DNA of 64,000 nucleotides from assembly GCA_049860595.1 (NCBI GenBank), contig CP187551.1. The stretch is one strand, 5' to 3'. The number at the start of each line of letters is the position of its first letter. Position 1 is the stretch's first letter. Shown here piece by piece: positions 1 to 8,578 of the stretch. The notes under the pieces are model-generated. The model saw nothing but the letters and a program-made list of their open reading frames with translations. It was not told where the DNA came from and ran no database searches. The DNA comes from Methanocaldococcus sp. 16A (GTDB lineage: Archaea > AGJL01 > Methanococci > Methanococcales > Methanocaldococcaceae). The position numbers and the translations under genes were made by a program.

Positions 1-2
1 AA

Positions 3-971
3 AAAATAATCAAAATAAGCATTGGAGAGGCTGTTGAGAAAGGAATTATAAGACATCAAACAATTGCCTACTTTATAGCTTTAACAAAGAGATTTTTAGA
101 GGATATTGGAATTGATAAAGATAAAATTAGATTCAGACAGCACTTGCCAAATGAGATGGCTCACTATGCAATTGACTGTTGGGATGCTGAGATATACACA
201 GAAAGATTTGGATGGATTGAGTGTGTTGGAATTGCAGATAGAACAGATTATGACTTAAGAAGCCACTCAGCACATAGTGGTGTGGAACTTTCTGTATTTG
301 TTGAGCTTGATGAGGAAAAAGAAATAGAAACTTACGAAATAAATCTAAATTATAAAGTTGTTGGAAAGATATTTAAGAAAGATACAAAGACAATTGAGGC
401 ATATATAAACAATTTAAGTGAAAAAGAGAAAGAAGAATTTGTTAAAAATATTGAAAAGGATGGTAAAGTAATTATAACAGTTGATGGAAAAGAATTTGAG
501 ATTTTAAGAGATTATGTTGAAATTAAAAAGGTTAAAAAAGTTATTAAAGGAGAGAAAGTTATTCCACATGTTATAGAGCCTTCTTATGGAATTGATAGAA
601 TTACCTACTGTTTATTAGAACACTCTTATAGAGAGGAAGAGGATAGAGTTTATTTAAACCTAAAGCCGTCAATTGCTCCTATAAAAGCTTATGTCTTACC
701 ATTAGTTAATAAGGACGATATGCCAAAAATAGCTAAAGAAATAGAGCAAATGCTGAGAGAAAATGGCATTATAGCTGAGTATGATAACAGTGGAGCTATT
801 GGAAGAAGGTATATGAGAGCTGACGAAATAGGAGTTCCATTCTGTATAACAGTAGATGGACAAACATTAGAGGATAAAACTGTAACTGTTAGGGATAGAA
901 ATACAAGAGAGCAAGTTAGAATTAAAATAGATGAACTTGTTGATTATTTAAAAGAGAGATTAAAGGAATAG
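3..971 (+). CDS. glyS: Glycyl-tRNA synthetase, 5'-partial (frame open from window start)
   Basis: RFRQHLPNEMAHYAIDCWDAE, VIEPSYGIDR and GAIGRRYMRADEIG motifs of archaeal/eukaryotic-type GlyRS; frame 3 is open from base 3. Confidence 0.96.
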   Translation, partial: KIIKISIGEAVEKGIIRHQTIAYFIALTKRFLEDIGIDKDKIRFRQHLPNEMAHYAIDCWDAEIYTERFGWIECVGIADRTDYDLRSHSAHSGVELSVFVELDEEKEIETYEINLNYKVVGKIFKKDTKTIEAYINNLSEKEKEEFVKNIEKDGKVIITVDGKEFEILRDYVEIKKVKKVIKGEKVIPHVIEPSYGIDRITYCLLEHSYREEEDRVYLNLKPSIAPIKAYVLPLVNKDDMPKIAKEIEQMLRENGIIAEYDNSGAIGRRYMRADEIGVPFCITVDGQTLEDKTVTVRDRNTREQVRIKIDELVDYLKERLKE

Positions 972-975
972 ATGA

Positions 976-1263
976 TTATTTATCCTCAAATAAATTTTTT
1001 ATAATCTCATTATCAATATAAAATTTGAATTCTTTCGCTTTATAAATTCTCTTTGCTCTACTTCCTTCTAAAACTAAATCACTCTCAACTAAACCTGCTT
1101 CTTCTAATTTTCTTAAATGGGCATAGACAACAGGTCTTGATAGTTCCAACTCCTTAGCTAATTCATAGATATTTTTTGGTTGTTTATTTAATATATACAG
1201 TATTTTAACCCTTATTGGATTAGACAATGCTTCTCCCATTTTTACTACATCTATCAACTTCAT
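976..1263 (-). CDS. ArsR-family winged-helix transcriptional regulator
   Basis: ALSNPIRVKIL...ELAKELELSRPVVYAHLRKLEEAGLV pattern. Confidence 0.88.
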   Translation of the reverse strand: MKLIDVVKMGEALSNPIRVKILYILNKQPKNIYELAKELELSRPVVYAHLRKLEEAGLVESDLVLEGSRAKRIYKAKEFKFYIDNEIIKNLFEDK

Positions 1264-1267
1264 AAAA

Positions 1268-1525
1268 TCACTCTATTTCCTCCCATTTCTTCTTTAATTC
1301 CCTAACAATTTCTTTTATCTCTTCAACATCCTTCTCTATTTTTATAAGCTTTTCATTGTCTATTGAACTTGATTGCTTTTTTAATGGAGAAATTAGTATA
1401 TACATTATAACTGCAACAATTACTACAAAAATAATCATCCAGAGAATACTATAAAATGGACTTATAGTTACTCCCTCACTACCTACGTAATGTACTCCCA
1501 AACCCATAGGCATAAATCCCACCAT
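1268..1525 (-). CDS. Small single-pass membrane protein with C-terminal coiled coil
   Basis: Hydrophobic stretch ILWMIIFVVIVAVIMYILI followed by a charged helix; lies 4 bp from the ArsR gene. Confidence 0.7.
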   Translation of the reverse strand: MVGFMPMGLGVHYVGSEGVTISPFYSILWMIIFVVIVAVIMYILISPLKKQSSSIDNEKLIKIEKDVEEIKEIVRELKKKWEEIE

Positions 1526-1599
1526 ATAAACTTTTAAAATTATTATATTTCAGCAAAATTTTTATTGAATTCTTTGTTTTGAGAAATATTTAATTTATT

Positions 1600-2850
1600 T
1601 TAATTAACTATCTCACCATTAAACACTATAGAAGGAGATATTAACTTGCCTCTCTGCTCAACATCATTTAATGGTATAGCCTCTTTAAACATCTCAAATA
1701 TATTTCCTCCAAACATTCCTTTTTTGATTGGGGTTATATCTCCATTCTTATATAAATATGAGTTTTGTATTTCTACAGCAAAATCTCCAGTTATTGGGTT
1801 TGATGTATGAGAGCCAATTACTCCATTAATATAGACATATTCGTCAAAGTCATCTAAGCTATTTTTTGTTTCTTTAATAATAAAGTTTGTTGGTGAAACA
1901 TAAGGTAGGGAGCTATAACTTCTTGAACAATTTCCTGTTGAGTTTTTTCCTTCTTTATTAGCTCTCTTTATATCATACAAATAATTTTTTAGAACTCCAT
2001 CTTCAACTAAAACTGTTCTTTGTGTAGCTGTACCTTCACCATCACACTTTGAAGAGTAGAGAGCATAATCTAAAGTTCCATCATCAACTATTGTTATATT
2101 TTCACTAAAAATCTGTTCTCCAATTTTTCCTTTTAAAATGCTTCTATCTCTTTGTACGTTTTCAGCACTGAATGCTGGCATTAATGTATAAGCTAACAAA
2201 TCATACAATGCCCTTGGGGATAAAACTATATTTCCTTTGTATGAAATAGCTTTTCCATTTACTGACTTTTTAGCTAAATCTAACGCTTTATAGCTAATTT
2301 CTTCAACATCAAAAATATTATGCTTTGTTCTGCATTCATAAGATGTTTCTCCATTATACATTATAGATATTGATGCAGAGAAATACGTGTCTTGTTCTTC
2401 AACATCTACACCATTTGAATTTATTAATCTTGCATATCCAATTTCTTTAGAAATTCCTCCGCTTAAAACAATTGCATTATTATCTAAGGCGATATCTCTC
2501 ATAGTTATTAAGCTTTCTAACAATTTTTCTTCATCTAAATCCAAAATTTCTTTATAAAACATCCCCTTTGGCTCTTTATATTTTTGCGGTTCAGCAAATT
2601 TAGTATATTTATCCTCAACCAAATTTTTCATGGCTTTATAGACAATATTCTCATCAAATTTGTTTGAATAAGCGAAACCAACCTTTCCATCCTTTATAAC
2701 TCTAACTCCAATACCATAGGAAATTCCTGTTTGAAAACTATCTACACTTTTTCCATCTAAATCAACACTTACATCATAAGATTTAACAAAAAGAACTTCA
2801 GTTTCAAATCCTTCTCTCTCTCCAATTTTTATTAATTTCTCTAAATCCAT
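1600..2850 (-). CDS. TldD/PmbA family protein (PmbA-like)
   Basis: GIGVRVIKDGKVGFA, DGEGTAT, STGN and NPITGDF motifs. Confidence 0.9.
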   Translation of the reverse strand: MDLEKLIKIGEREGFETEVLFVKSYDVSVDLDGKSVDSFQTGISYGIGVRVIKDGKVGFAYSNKFDENIVYKAMKNLVEDKYTKFAEPQKYKEPKGMFYKEILDLDEEKLLESLITMRDIALDNNAIVLSGGISKEIGYARLINSNGVDVEEQDTYFSASISIMYNGETSYECRTKHNIFDVEEISYKALDLAKKSVNGKAISYKGNIVLSPRALYDLLAYTLMPAFSAENVQRDRSILKGKIGEQIFSENITIVDDGTLDYALYSSKCDGEGTATQRTVLVEDGVLKNYLYDIKRANKEGKNSTGNCSRSYSSLPYVSPTNFIIKETKNSLDDFDEYVYINGVIGSHTSNPITGDFAVEIQNSYLYKNGDITPIKKGMFGGNIFEMFKEAIPLNDVEQRGKLISPSIVFNGEIVN

Positions 2851-2943
2851 GCCCTCACCTAAATAAGAATTTTTTAGAGCAATAAATCAAAAAAGTAATT
2901 AAAAGCTAAAAATAATTAATAAAATAAATTAAATAAAAAAAGA

Positions 2944-4215
2944 TTAGAATGGACACCTGAAGTTTCTTCCAGCATATTTGCTTAATCCCAATTCTTGCTC
3001 AATTCTAATTAGTTGGTTGTATTTAGCTGTTCTTTCCCCTCTTGCTGGAGCTCCTGTCTTTATCTGTCCAGAGTTCAAAGCTACTGCTAAATCAGCTATT
3101 GTTGTATCTTCAGTTTCCCCACTTCTGTGAGAAACTATAACTCCATAACCATTTCTAAATGCTAAATTAGCAGCATCAACAGCTTCACTTAATGTTCCAA
3201 TTTGATTAACTTTTAACAATAAAGCATTTGCAGCTCTTTTTTCTATACCTTTTTTCAATCTCTCAGTATTTGTAACGAACAAATCATCTCCAACTATCTG
3301 TATATCTAACTCTTTAGTTATCAACGCAAAGCCCTCAAAGTCCTCTTCATGGAATGGATCTTCAATTGAAACTATTGGATATTCTTCAACTAAAGCTTTA
3401 TAATAATCTAAAAGCTCCTCTCTTGTTAATTTTTTGCCTTCAACATTATAGTAGCCGTCTTTATAAAACTCTGAAGCAGCAGCATCTAAGGCAAAGACAA
3501 TCTCATCCTCATATCCCGCCTTTTTAACACTTTCAGTTAATAAATCTAATGCCTCTCTTGATGTTTTTAATGGAGGAGCAAAACCCCCCTCATCTCCAAC
3601 ATTTATAGCATTTTTACCATACTTATCTTCAATAACCTTCTTTAATACATGATAGACCTCTGAACCCATCCTTACAGCTTCAGAAATTGATGTAGCTCCA
3701 ACAGGCATTATCATAAACTCTTGTAACTCTAAATCATTTCCAGCATGTTTCCCTCCATTTATGACGTTCATCATTGGAACAGGCATAACAAAAGAGTTAA
3801 AGCCCCCTAAATATTTATACAATGGCATTTTTGCTGTTGCTGCTGCTGCCTTTGCTACAGCTAAGGAAACTGCCAATATTGCATTAGCCCCTAACTTTGA
3901 TTTGTTTGGTGTTCCGTCCAATTGAATCATTATATTATCTATTTCTCTTTGCATTCTTGCATCATATCCTAAAAGTTCTGGCCTAATTATTGAATTAACA
4001 TTTTCAACAGCCATTAAAACTCCTTTTCCACCAAATCTCTTTTCTTTATCTCTCAACTCTAATGCCTCATGTGTCCCAGTTGATGCACCACTTGGAACAA
4101 TAGCAGAACCATATCCATTTCCTTTTGTTATAACTTCCACTTCAACTGTTGGGTTTCCTCTTGAATCAATAACTTCTCTTGCAACAATTTCTTTAATTTC
4201 AAATCTCTCATCCAT
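2944..4215 (-). CDS. eno: Enolase
   Basis: [36 protein letters not shown]; start ATG 4215 or TTG 4227. Confidence 0.98.
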   Translation of the reverse strand: MDERFEIKEIVAREVIDSRGNPTVEVEVITKGNGYGSAIVPSGASTGTHEALELRDKEKRFGGKGVLMAVENVNSIIRPELLGYDARMQREIDNIMIQLDGTPNKSKLGANAILAVSLAVAKAAAATAKMPLYKYLGGFNSFVMPVPMMNVINGGKHAGNDLELQEFMIMPVGATSISEAVRMGSEVYHVLKKVIEDKYGKNAINVGDEGGFAPPLKTSREALDLLTESVKKAGYEDEIVFALDAAASEFYKDGYYNVEGKKLTREELLDYYKALVEEYPIVSIEDPFHEEDFEGFALITKELDIQIVGDDLFVTNTERLKKGIEKRAANALLLKVNQIGTLSEAVDAANLAFRNGYGVIVSHRSGETEDTTIADLAVALNSGQIKTGAPARGERTAKYNQLIRIEQELGLSKYAGRNFRCPF

Positions 4216-4247
4216 GTTGTATAACAAATTATCACCCTCCAAATTTA

Positions 4248-4344
4248 TATAGGACTTTCGTAGCTTTATATATTAATTTGGAATTTAGACACATTATAGG
4301 TGTCCATTGTTCAATAAAAAATTTGTTCCTGCGAAAGTCCTATA
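4248..4344. repeat. Palindromic MITE-like repeat, family A (MJRE-like)
   Basis: Perfect 13-bp terminal inverted repeat TATAGGACTTTCG/CGAAAGTCCTATA and central hairpin GACAC..GTGTC; multiple copies in window. Confidence 0.88.
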
Positions 4345-4379
4345 GTTTTGTACAACATAAATTTAAATTCTATATGTGA

Positions 4380-4566
4380 TGCTCAAACTTATATATATGG
4401 GGTCTTCCCGATGTAGTCTAATATATGAAAATTAAGACATTTAAAATAGCGACCATTATAATCAACTTTATAGACTACATCGGGATTGGGCTTCATTAGT
4501 CTCAACTCCCCTCTGGGTTCATTGGGGAGTAAATCATCGACCTCAGCCCCAGCCACGGGGACCCCA
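4380..4566 (-). ncRNA. Predicted omega-RNA (scaffold 4399-4566 plus ~20-nt flank-derived guide) of TnpB copy 1
   Basis: Closing stem UGGGGUC/GACCCCA, perfect 15-bp stem UCCCGAUGUAGUCUA/UAGACUACAUCGGGA, K-turn domain; covaries with copy 2. Confidence 0.72.
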
Positions 4567-5732
4567 ACTCCGTCTAAGAGTTTTTTAACTAATTTAACTC
4601 CTCTTTTAAAGATATTAAAAGAGCCAACTAATTGTCTATTAAAAGCTCCACATTTTTCGCATTTAACAACCTGTCCCTCTTGGGACTCCATTTTACTCCC
4701 GCATACGGGACAGGTTTTTGATGTGTAGTGTGGATTAACATAAAAAACAATACTCTTATATTCTAACTTTCTCGCAATACTTCTCCAACTCGTTCTATCT
4801 AAATCTCTGTTAAACTCCGAATTCTTATCATACATATTAAATTTGTTTAAATCTTCAAAGATAAAAATAGCATTAGGAAATAGTCTGGATAATTGAATAG
4901 TTAGTTTATTGATAAAATCATTAACTCGATTTTTTCTTCTATTGTAATATTTTCTTAACAATCTACCGATTCTTTTAGGAGCTTTTTTATAGATTGATTT
5001 TAATTTATCGATAATAGTATCATAAACCTCTTTAATCCAATGCAACTCGGATATATCAATCCTTATCCAACCCTCTGTTGGGTGATATAAATCTAATGAC
5101 TTTAAGTTACTATCAACTCCAACTACAACCTTTTTATTCGATAAATCAATAGGTTTTTTAAAAGTTATTAATGCCTCGTTATCCTTTAAAATAATCTCTC
5201 CTATGTCAAAATCTCTAACTTTATCAAAGAACCATTTATTTTTAATATCTAAAATTAAGTATTCTTTTCTCGGTTTTATAGTAATTCTTATTTCTCCTTT
5301 ATCTTTATTATATTTTATTAATGTTGTTTTAACTCTAACGAATGGTCTTTTAAATGTTGGTTTAATTCTTTTTCTTTTTCCTTTTAAATAATTAGATTTC
5401 CAACTTTCTATTGTAGAGTATGCTACTTTAATAGCTCCATCGACATAATGCTTTGCAAAATTCCATCCATTTAGTAATTCATTTCTTAACTCTCTCTTAA
5501 AATCCTTATCCTTAGGAATTTCTGGAATTAATCGTGTGGTAGTGTAGTGTTTATATTTGTTCCTCAGTTTATACCGATGTTTAACTATTTTTTCTTTCCA
5601 GTTTATGTTATTCCAAATAATATCTACTGCTTTTTGAGCAATGTTTATAAATTCGTATGGTAAGTTTTTTAAATCATAACTGTATTTAACTTTATATGTC
5701 AATACAATTTCACTGGGAAGTTTGTTATTCAT
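4389..5732 (-). CDS. tnpB: TnpB-family RNA-guided endonuclease homolog (atypical RuvC-III)
   Basis: VGVDSN (RuvC-I), FEDL (RuvC-II), TSKTCPVCG...CEKCG zinc finger; RQLVG where RD-x-NA is expected. Confidence 0.92.
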   Translation of the reverse strand: MNNKLPSEIVLTYKVKYSYDLKNLPYEFINIAQKAVDIIWNNINWKEKIVKHRYKLRNKYKHYTTTRLIPEIPKDKDFKRELRNELLNGWNFAKHYVDGAIKVAYSTIESWKSNYLKGKRKRIKPTFKRPFVRVKTTLIKYNKDKGEIRITIKPRKEYLILDIKNKWFFDKVRDFDIGEIILKDNEALITFKKPIDLSNKKVVVGVDSNLKSLDLYHPTEGWIRIDISELHWIKEVYDTIIDKLKSIYKKAPKRIGRLLRKYYNRRKNRVNDFINKLTIQLSRLFPNAIFIFEDLNKFNMYDKNSEFNRDLDRTSWRSIARKLEYKSIVFYVNPHYTSKTCPVCGSKMESQEGQVVKCEKCGAFNRQLVGSFNIFKRGVKLVKKLLDGVGVPVAGAEVDDLLPNEPRGELRLMKPNPDVVYKVDYNGRYFKCLNFHILDYIGKTPYI

Positions 5733-5813
5733 TATGTATCCCTTAAAATTTCTTTTTTAATGTAATCATCAATTTCTATCTTTGTTTATCTATTATTTAA
5801 CAATTTCGAGAGG
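4401..5813 (-). mobile_element. Non-autonomous IS607-like element 1 (tnpB only)
   Basis: GG dinucleotide at both junctions (4399-4400, 5812-5813); left end aligns with left end of element 2; structured right end. Confidence 0.78.
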
Positions 5814-5832
5814 CGTTTATAATGGTGATAGC

Positions 5833-6840
5833 ATGATTACTGAAGCATTAAAAAAGGTTATTGAATTTAAAGATTTAAATGAAAAGGAAGCAGAAGTAGT
5901 TATGAAAGAAATTATGAGTGGAAATGCAAAGCCTACACAGATAGCTGCTATATTAACTGCTTTAAGAATGAAAGGAGAGAGTATTGAAGAAATTACCTCC
6001 TTTGCAAAAATTATGAGAGAATTTTCATTAAAAATATATCCAGATGTTCCTAAGTTGTTAGATACTTGTGGAACTGGGGGGGATAATTTAAACACATTTA
6101 ATATAAGCACTGCCACTGCTTTTGTAGTCTCTGCTTATGTTCCAGTGGCAAAACATGGAAATAAGGCAGTCAGCAGTAAAAGTGGTAGTGCAGATGTTTT
6201 AGAGGCATTAGGAGTTAATTTAAATGTTCCTATAGAGAGAGTTAAGGAGTCAATAGAAAAGATAGGTATTGGATTTTTGTTTGCTCCTAATTTCCATCCA
6301 GCAATGAAGTATGCAACACCAGTAAGGAGAGAGTTGGGGATTAGAACTGTCTTTAATATCTTAGGACCTTTAACAAATCCTGCTAATGCAAATTATCAAT
6401 TAATGGGAGTTTATGATGAAAAATTGACAGAAAAATTGGCTTATGTTTTAAAGAATCTTGGTTTAAACGGGGCTTTAGTAGTACATGGTAGTGGAATGGA
6501 TGAAATAACAACCATTGGAAAAACAAAGATATCTGAGCTGAAAAATGGAGAAGTAAAGAGCTATTACATTGAACCAGAAGATTTTGGTATTAAGAAAGCC
6601 AAATTAGAAGATATTAAAGGAGGAAATGCTGAAGAAAATGCCAAAATAATTAGGGCAATATTTGAAGGAGAAGAAGTTGGGGCAAAGAGGGATATTGTAG
6701 TTTTAAATGCTGCCTATGCTTTATATATTGCTGAAGAGGCTAAAAATGTTGAGGAAGGCATAAAATTAGCTGAAAAATCAATTGATAGTGGAAAGGCTTT
6801 AAAGAAATTAGAGGAATTAATTGAATTCTATAAAGAGTGA
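5833..6840 (+). CDS. trpD: Anthranilate phosphoribosyltransferase
   Basis: [22 protein letters not shown]; ATG 5833 follows GGTGA SD. Confidence 0.97.
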   Translation: MITEALKKVIEFKDLNEKEAEVVMKEIMSGNAKPTQIAAILTALRMKGESIEEITSFAKIMREFSLKIYPDVPKLLDTCGTGGDNLNTFNISTATAFVVSAYVPVAKHGNKAVSSKSGSADVLEALGVNLNVPIERVKESIEKIGIGFLFAPNFHPAMKYATPVRRELGIRTVFNILGPLTNPANANYQLMGVYDEKLTEKLAYVLKNLGLNGALVVHGSGMDEITTIGKTKISELKNGEVKSYYIEPEDFGIKKAKLEDIKGGNAEENAKIIRAIFEGEEVGAKRDIVVLNAAYALYIAEEAKNVEEGIKLAEKSIDSGKALKKLEELIEFYKE

Positions 6841-6845
6841 TAATT

Positions 6846-7094
6846 ATGGAAAAATTAATTATTAAATCTATGAAAAAAGTATTTTTAGATGAATTAAAAG
6901 AGCTTGAAAATGAATTAAATGAAATATTAAAAAAATATAATGTTAAAACTATAAATGAGCTTAAAAATAAAATTTCTACTGGTGAAATTAAAGAAACAGA
7001 AATTAGAAATGATTTAGAGAAAATTGAGGTTTTAGAAGAGAATATAAATAAAATTATGAAATGTTTAAGAGATATAAATGTAAAATCTTTGTAA
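6846..7094 (+). CDS. Hypothetical coiled-coil protein
   Basis: Coupled to trpD stop, SD-like GAGTGA, typical codon usage. Confidence 0.65.
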   Translation: MEKLIIKSMKKVFLDELKELENELNEILKKYNVKTINELKNKISTGEIKETEIRNDLEKIEVLEENINKIMKCLRDINVKSL

Positions 7095-7107
7095 CTTGGT
7101 GATTTTA

Positions 7108-8358
7108 ATGGTTATTTTAGCTATTGGTGGTTACGACCCAACTGGAGGAGCAGGAATAACTGCAGATGCAAAAACGGCTCACACATTAGGAGTTTACTGT
7201 CTAACAATAACAACATCAATAATTCCCCAAAATAACAAAATGGTTTATGAGAAATTTGATTTACCTGCAGAGAATATAAAAAAGCAGTTTAAGGCAATTT
7301 TTGATGAATTTGATATAGAATATGTTAAGACTGGAGTTTTAACACAGCCAGCCATTGATATTTTGCTAAAATATATTGATAAATACGATTTAAAAGTTAT
7401 ATGCGACCCAGTTCTTGCATCTACAACAAAGTTTTCATTTGTTGATGAAGAATTAATGAAAAAATATGTTAAGCTTTTCAATAAAAGCTTTTTAATTACG
7501 CCAAATAGAGAAGAATATAAAAAAATAGTAGATTTTGTAAAAAATAACAATCTAAAAATTAAAGATGATTTATATATCTTAATTACTGGCATTGATGATA
7601 TTTTAAAAATAGGCTCTGAAACTGTAAATATATTTAAAGGATTTAAGGTTGAGAGGGAAGTTCATGGAACAGGATGTGTTTATTCAACAGCTATAACTGC
7701 ATTTTTATCTAAAGGCTATGATTTAGAATCTGCCATCAAAGAGGCAAAAAGATTTGTTTTATCTTCAGTCATATATGCCAAAAAAACAAAGTTTGGTTAT
7801 AACTCTAACCCAACTTATGTTAATAAAGAAAAAGTGATAAAAAACCTTAGCTATGCCATATATTTATTAAAAAAGATGGACTTTACATTAATTCCAGAAG
7901 TGGGGTGTAATATAGCTGAATCATTACCATTTCCGAGAGATTTTAAAGATGTTGCCGCATTAACAGGAAGAATAATAAAAAATAAGCTTGGAGGGTTTTA
8001 TATCGTTGGAGATATAGAGTTTGGAGCGTCTGAACATATAGCAAAGATAATATTATCAGCAAATAAGTTTAATCCAGAAATAAGAGCTTGTATGAACATA
8101 AAATATGATGATGAATTAATAAAAATGTTAAAAGATAAATTTACAATGTCTTCATTTGATAGGAAAGAAGAGCCACCAAATGTCTCAACTATGGAATGGG
8201 GAACAAAAATAGCTTGTAAAAAATTTGGTGGAGTTCCAGATATTATTTATGATAGAGGAGGCGAAGGAAAAGAGCCGATGATTAGAGTTTTAGGTAGAGA
8301 TGCAATAGAGGTTATTAAAAAAGTTGAAGTTATTCAAAGAATATATAACAAAAAATAA
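7108..8358 (+). CDS. thiDN: Bifunctional HMP/HMP-P kinase / thiamine-phosphate synthase (ThiDN)
   Basis: GYDPTGGAGITAD and HGTGC (ThiD); LIPEVGCNI and FGASEHIA (ThiN). Confidence 0.92.
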   Translation: MVILAIGGYDPTGGAGITADAKTAHTLGVYCLTITTSIIPQNNKMVYEKFDLPAENIKKQFKAIFDEFDIEYVKTGVLTQPAIDILLKYIDKYDLKVICDPVLASTTKFSFVDEELMKKYVKLFNKSFLITPNREEYKKIVDFVKNNNLKIKDDLYILITGIDDILKIGSETVNIFKGFKVEREVHGTGCVYSTAITAFLSKGYDLESAIKEAKRFVLSSVIYAKKTKFGYNSNPTYVNKEKVIKNLSYAIYLLKKMDFTLIPEVGCNIAESLPFPRDFKDVAALTGRIIKNKLGGFYIVGDIEFGASEHIAKIILSANKFNPEIRACMNIKYDDELIKMLKDKFTMSSFDRKEEPPNVSTMEWGTKIACKKFGGVPDIIYDRGGEGKEPMIRVLGRDAIEVIKKVEVIQRIYNKK

Positions 8359-8366
8359 AAAAAATA

Positions 8367-8443
8367 TGGTGGACTGGGCGGGATTTGAACCCGCGGCCTC
8401 CGCACAGCCAATGCGGCGCTCTCCCAGTCTGAGCTACCAGCCC
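8367..8443 (-). tRNA. tRNA-Ala(GGC) with encoded CCA
   Basis: Cloverleaf GGGCTGG...CCAGTCCACCA, G3:U70 alanine determinant, TTCAAAT T-loop, anticodon loop TTGGCTG. Confidence 0.95.
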
Positions 8444-8578
8444 ACAAAATAGCAGAGTTTTTATATTACATTATCATATATAAACTTTTCTATCATATAT
8501 TTAAATCAATAAATTGAAAAGAAATTATTATAAAAACCTTAAAACTAATTTTTAATAAAAATAAAAAAGAGGGAAAAC

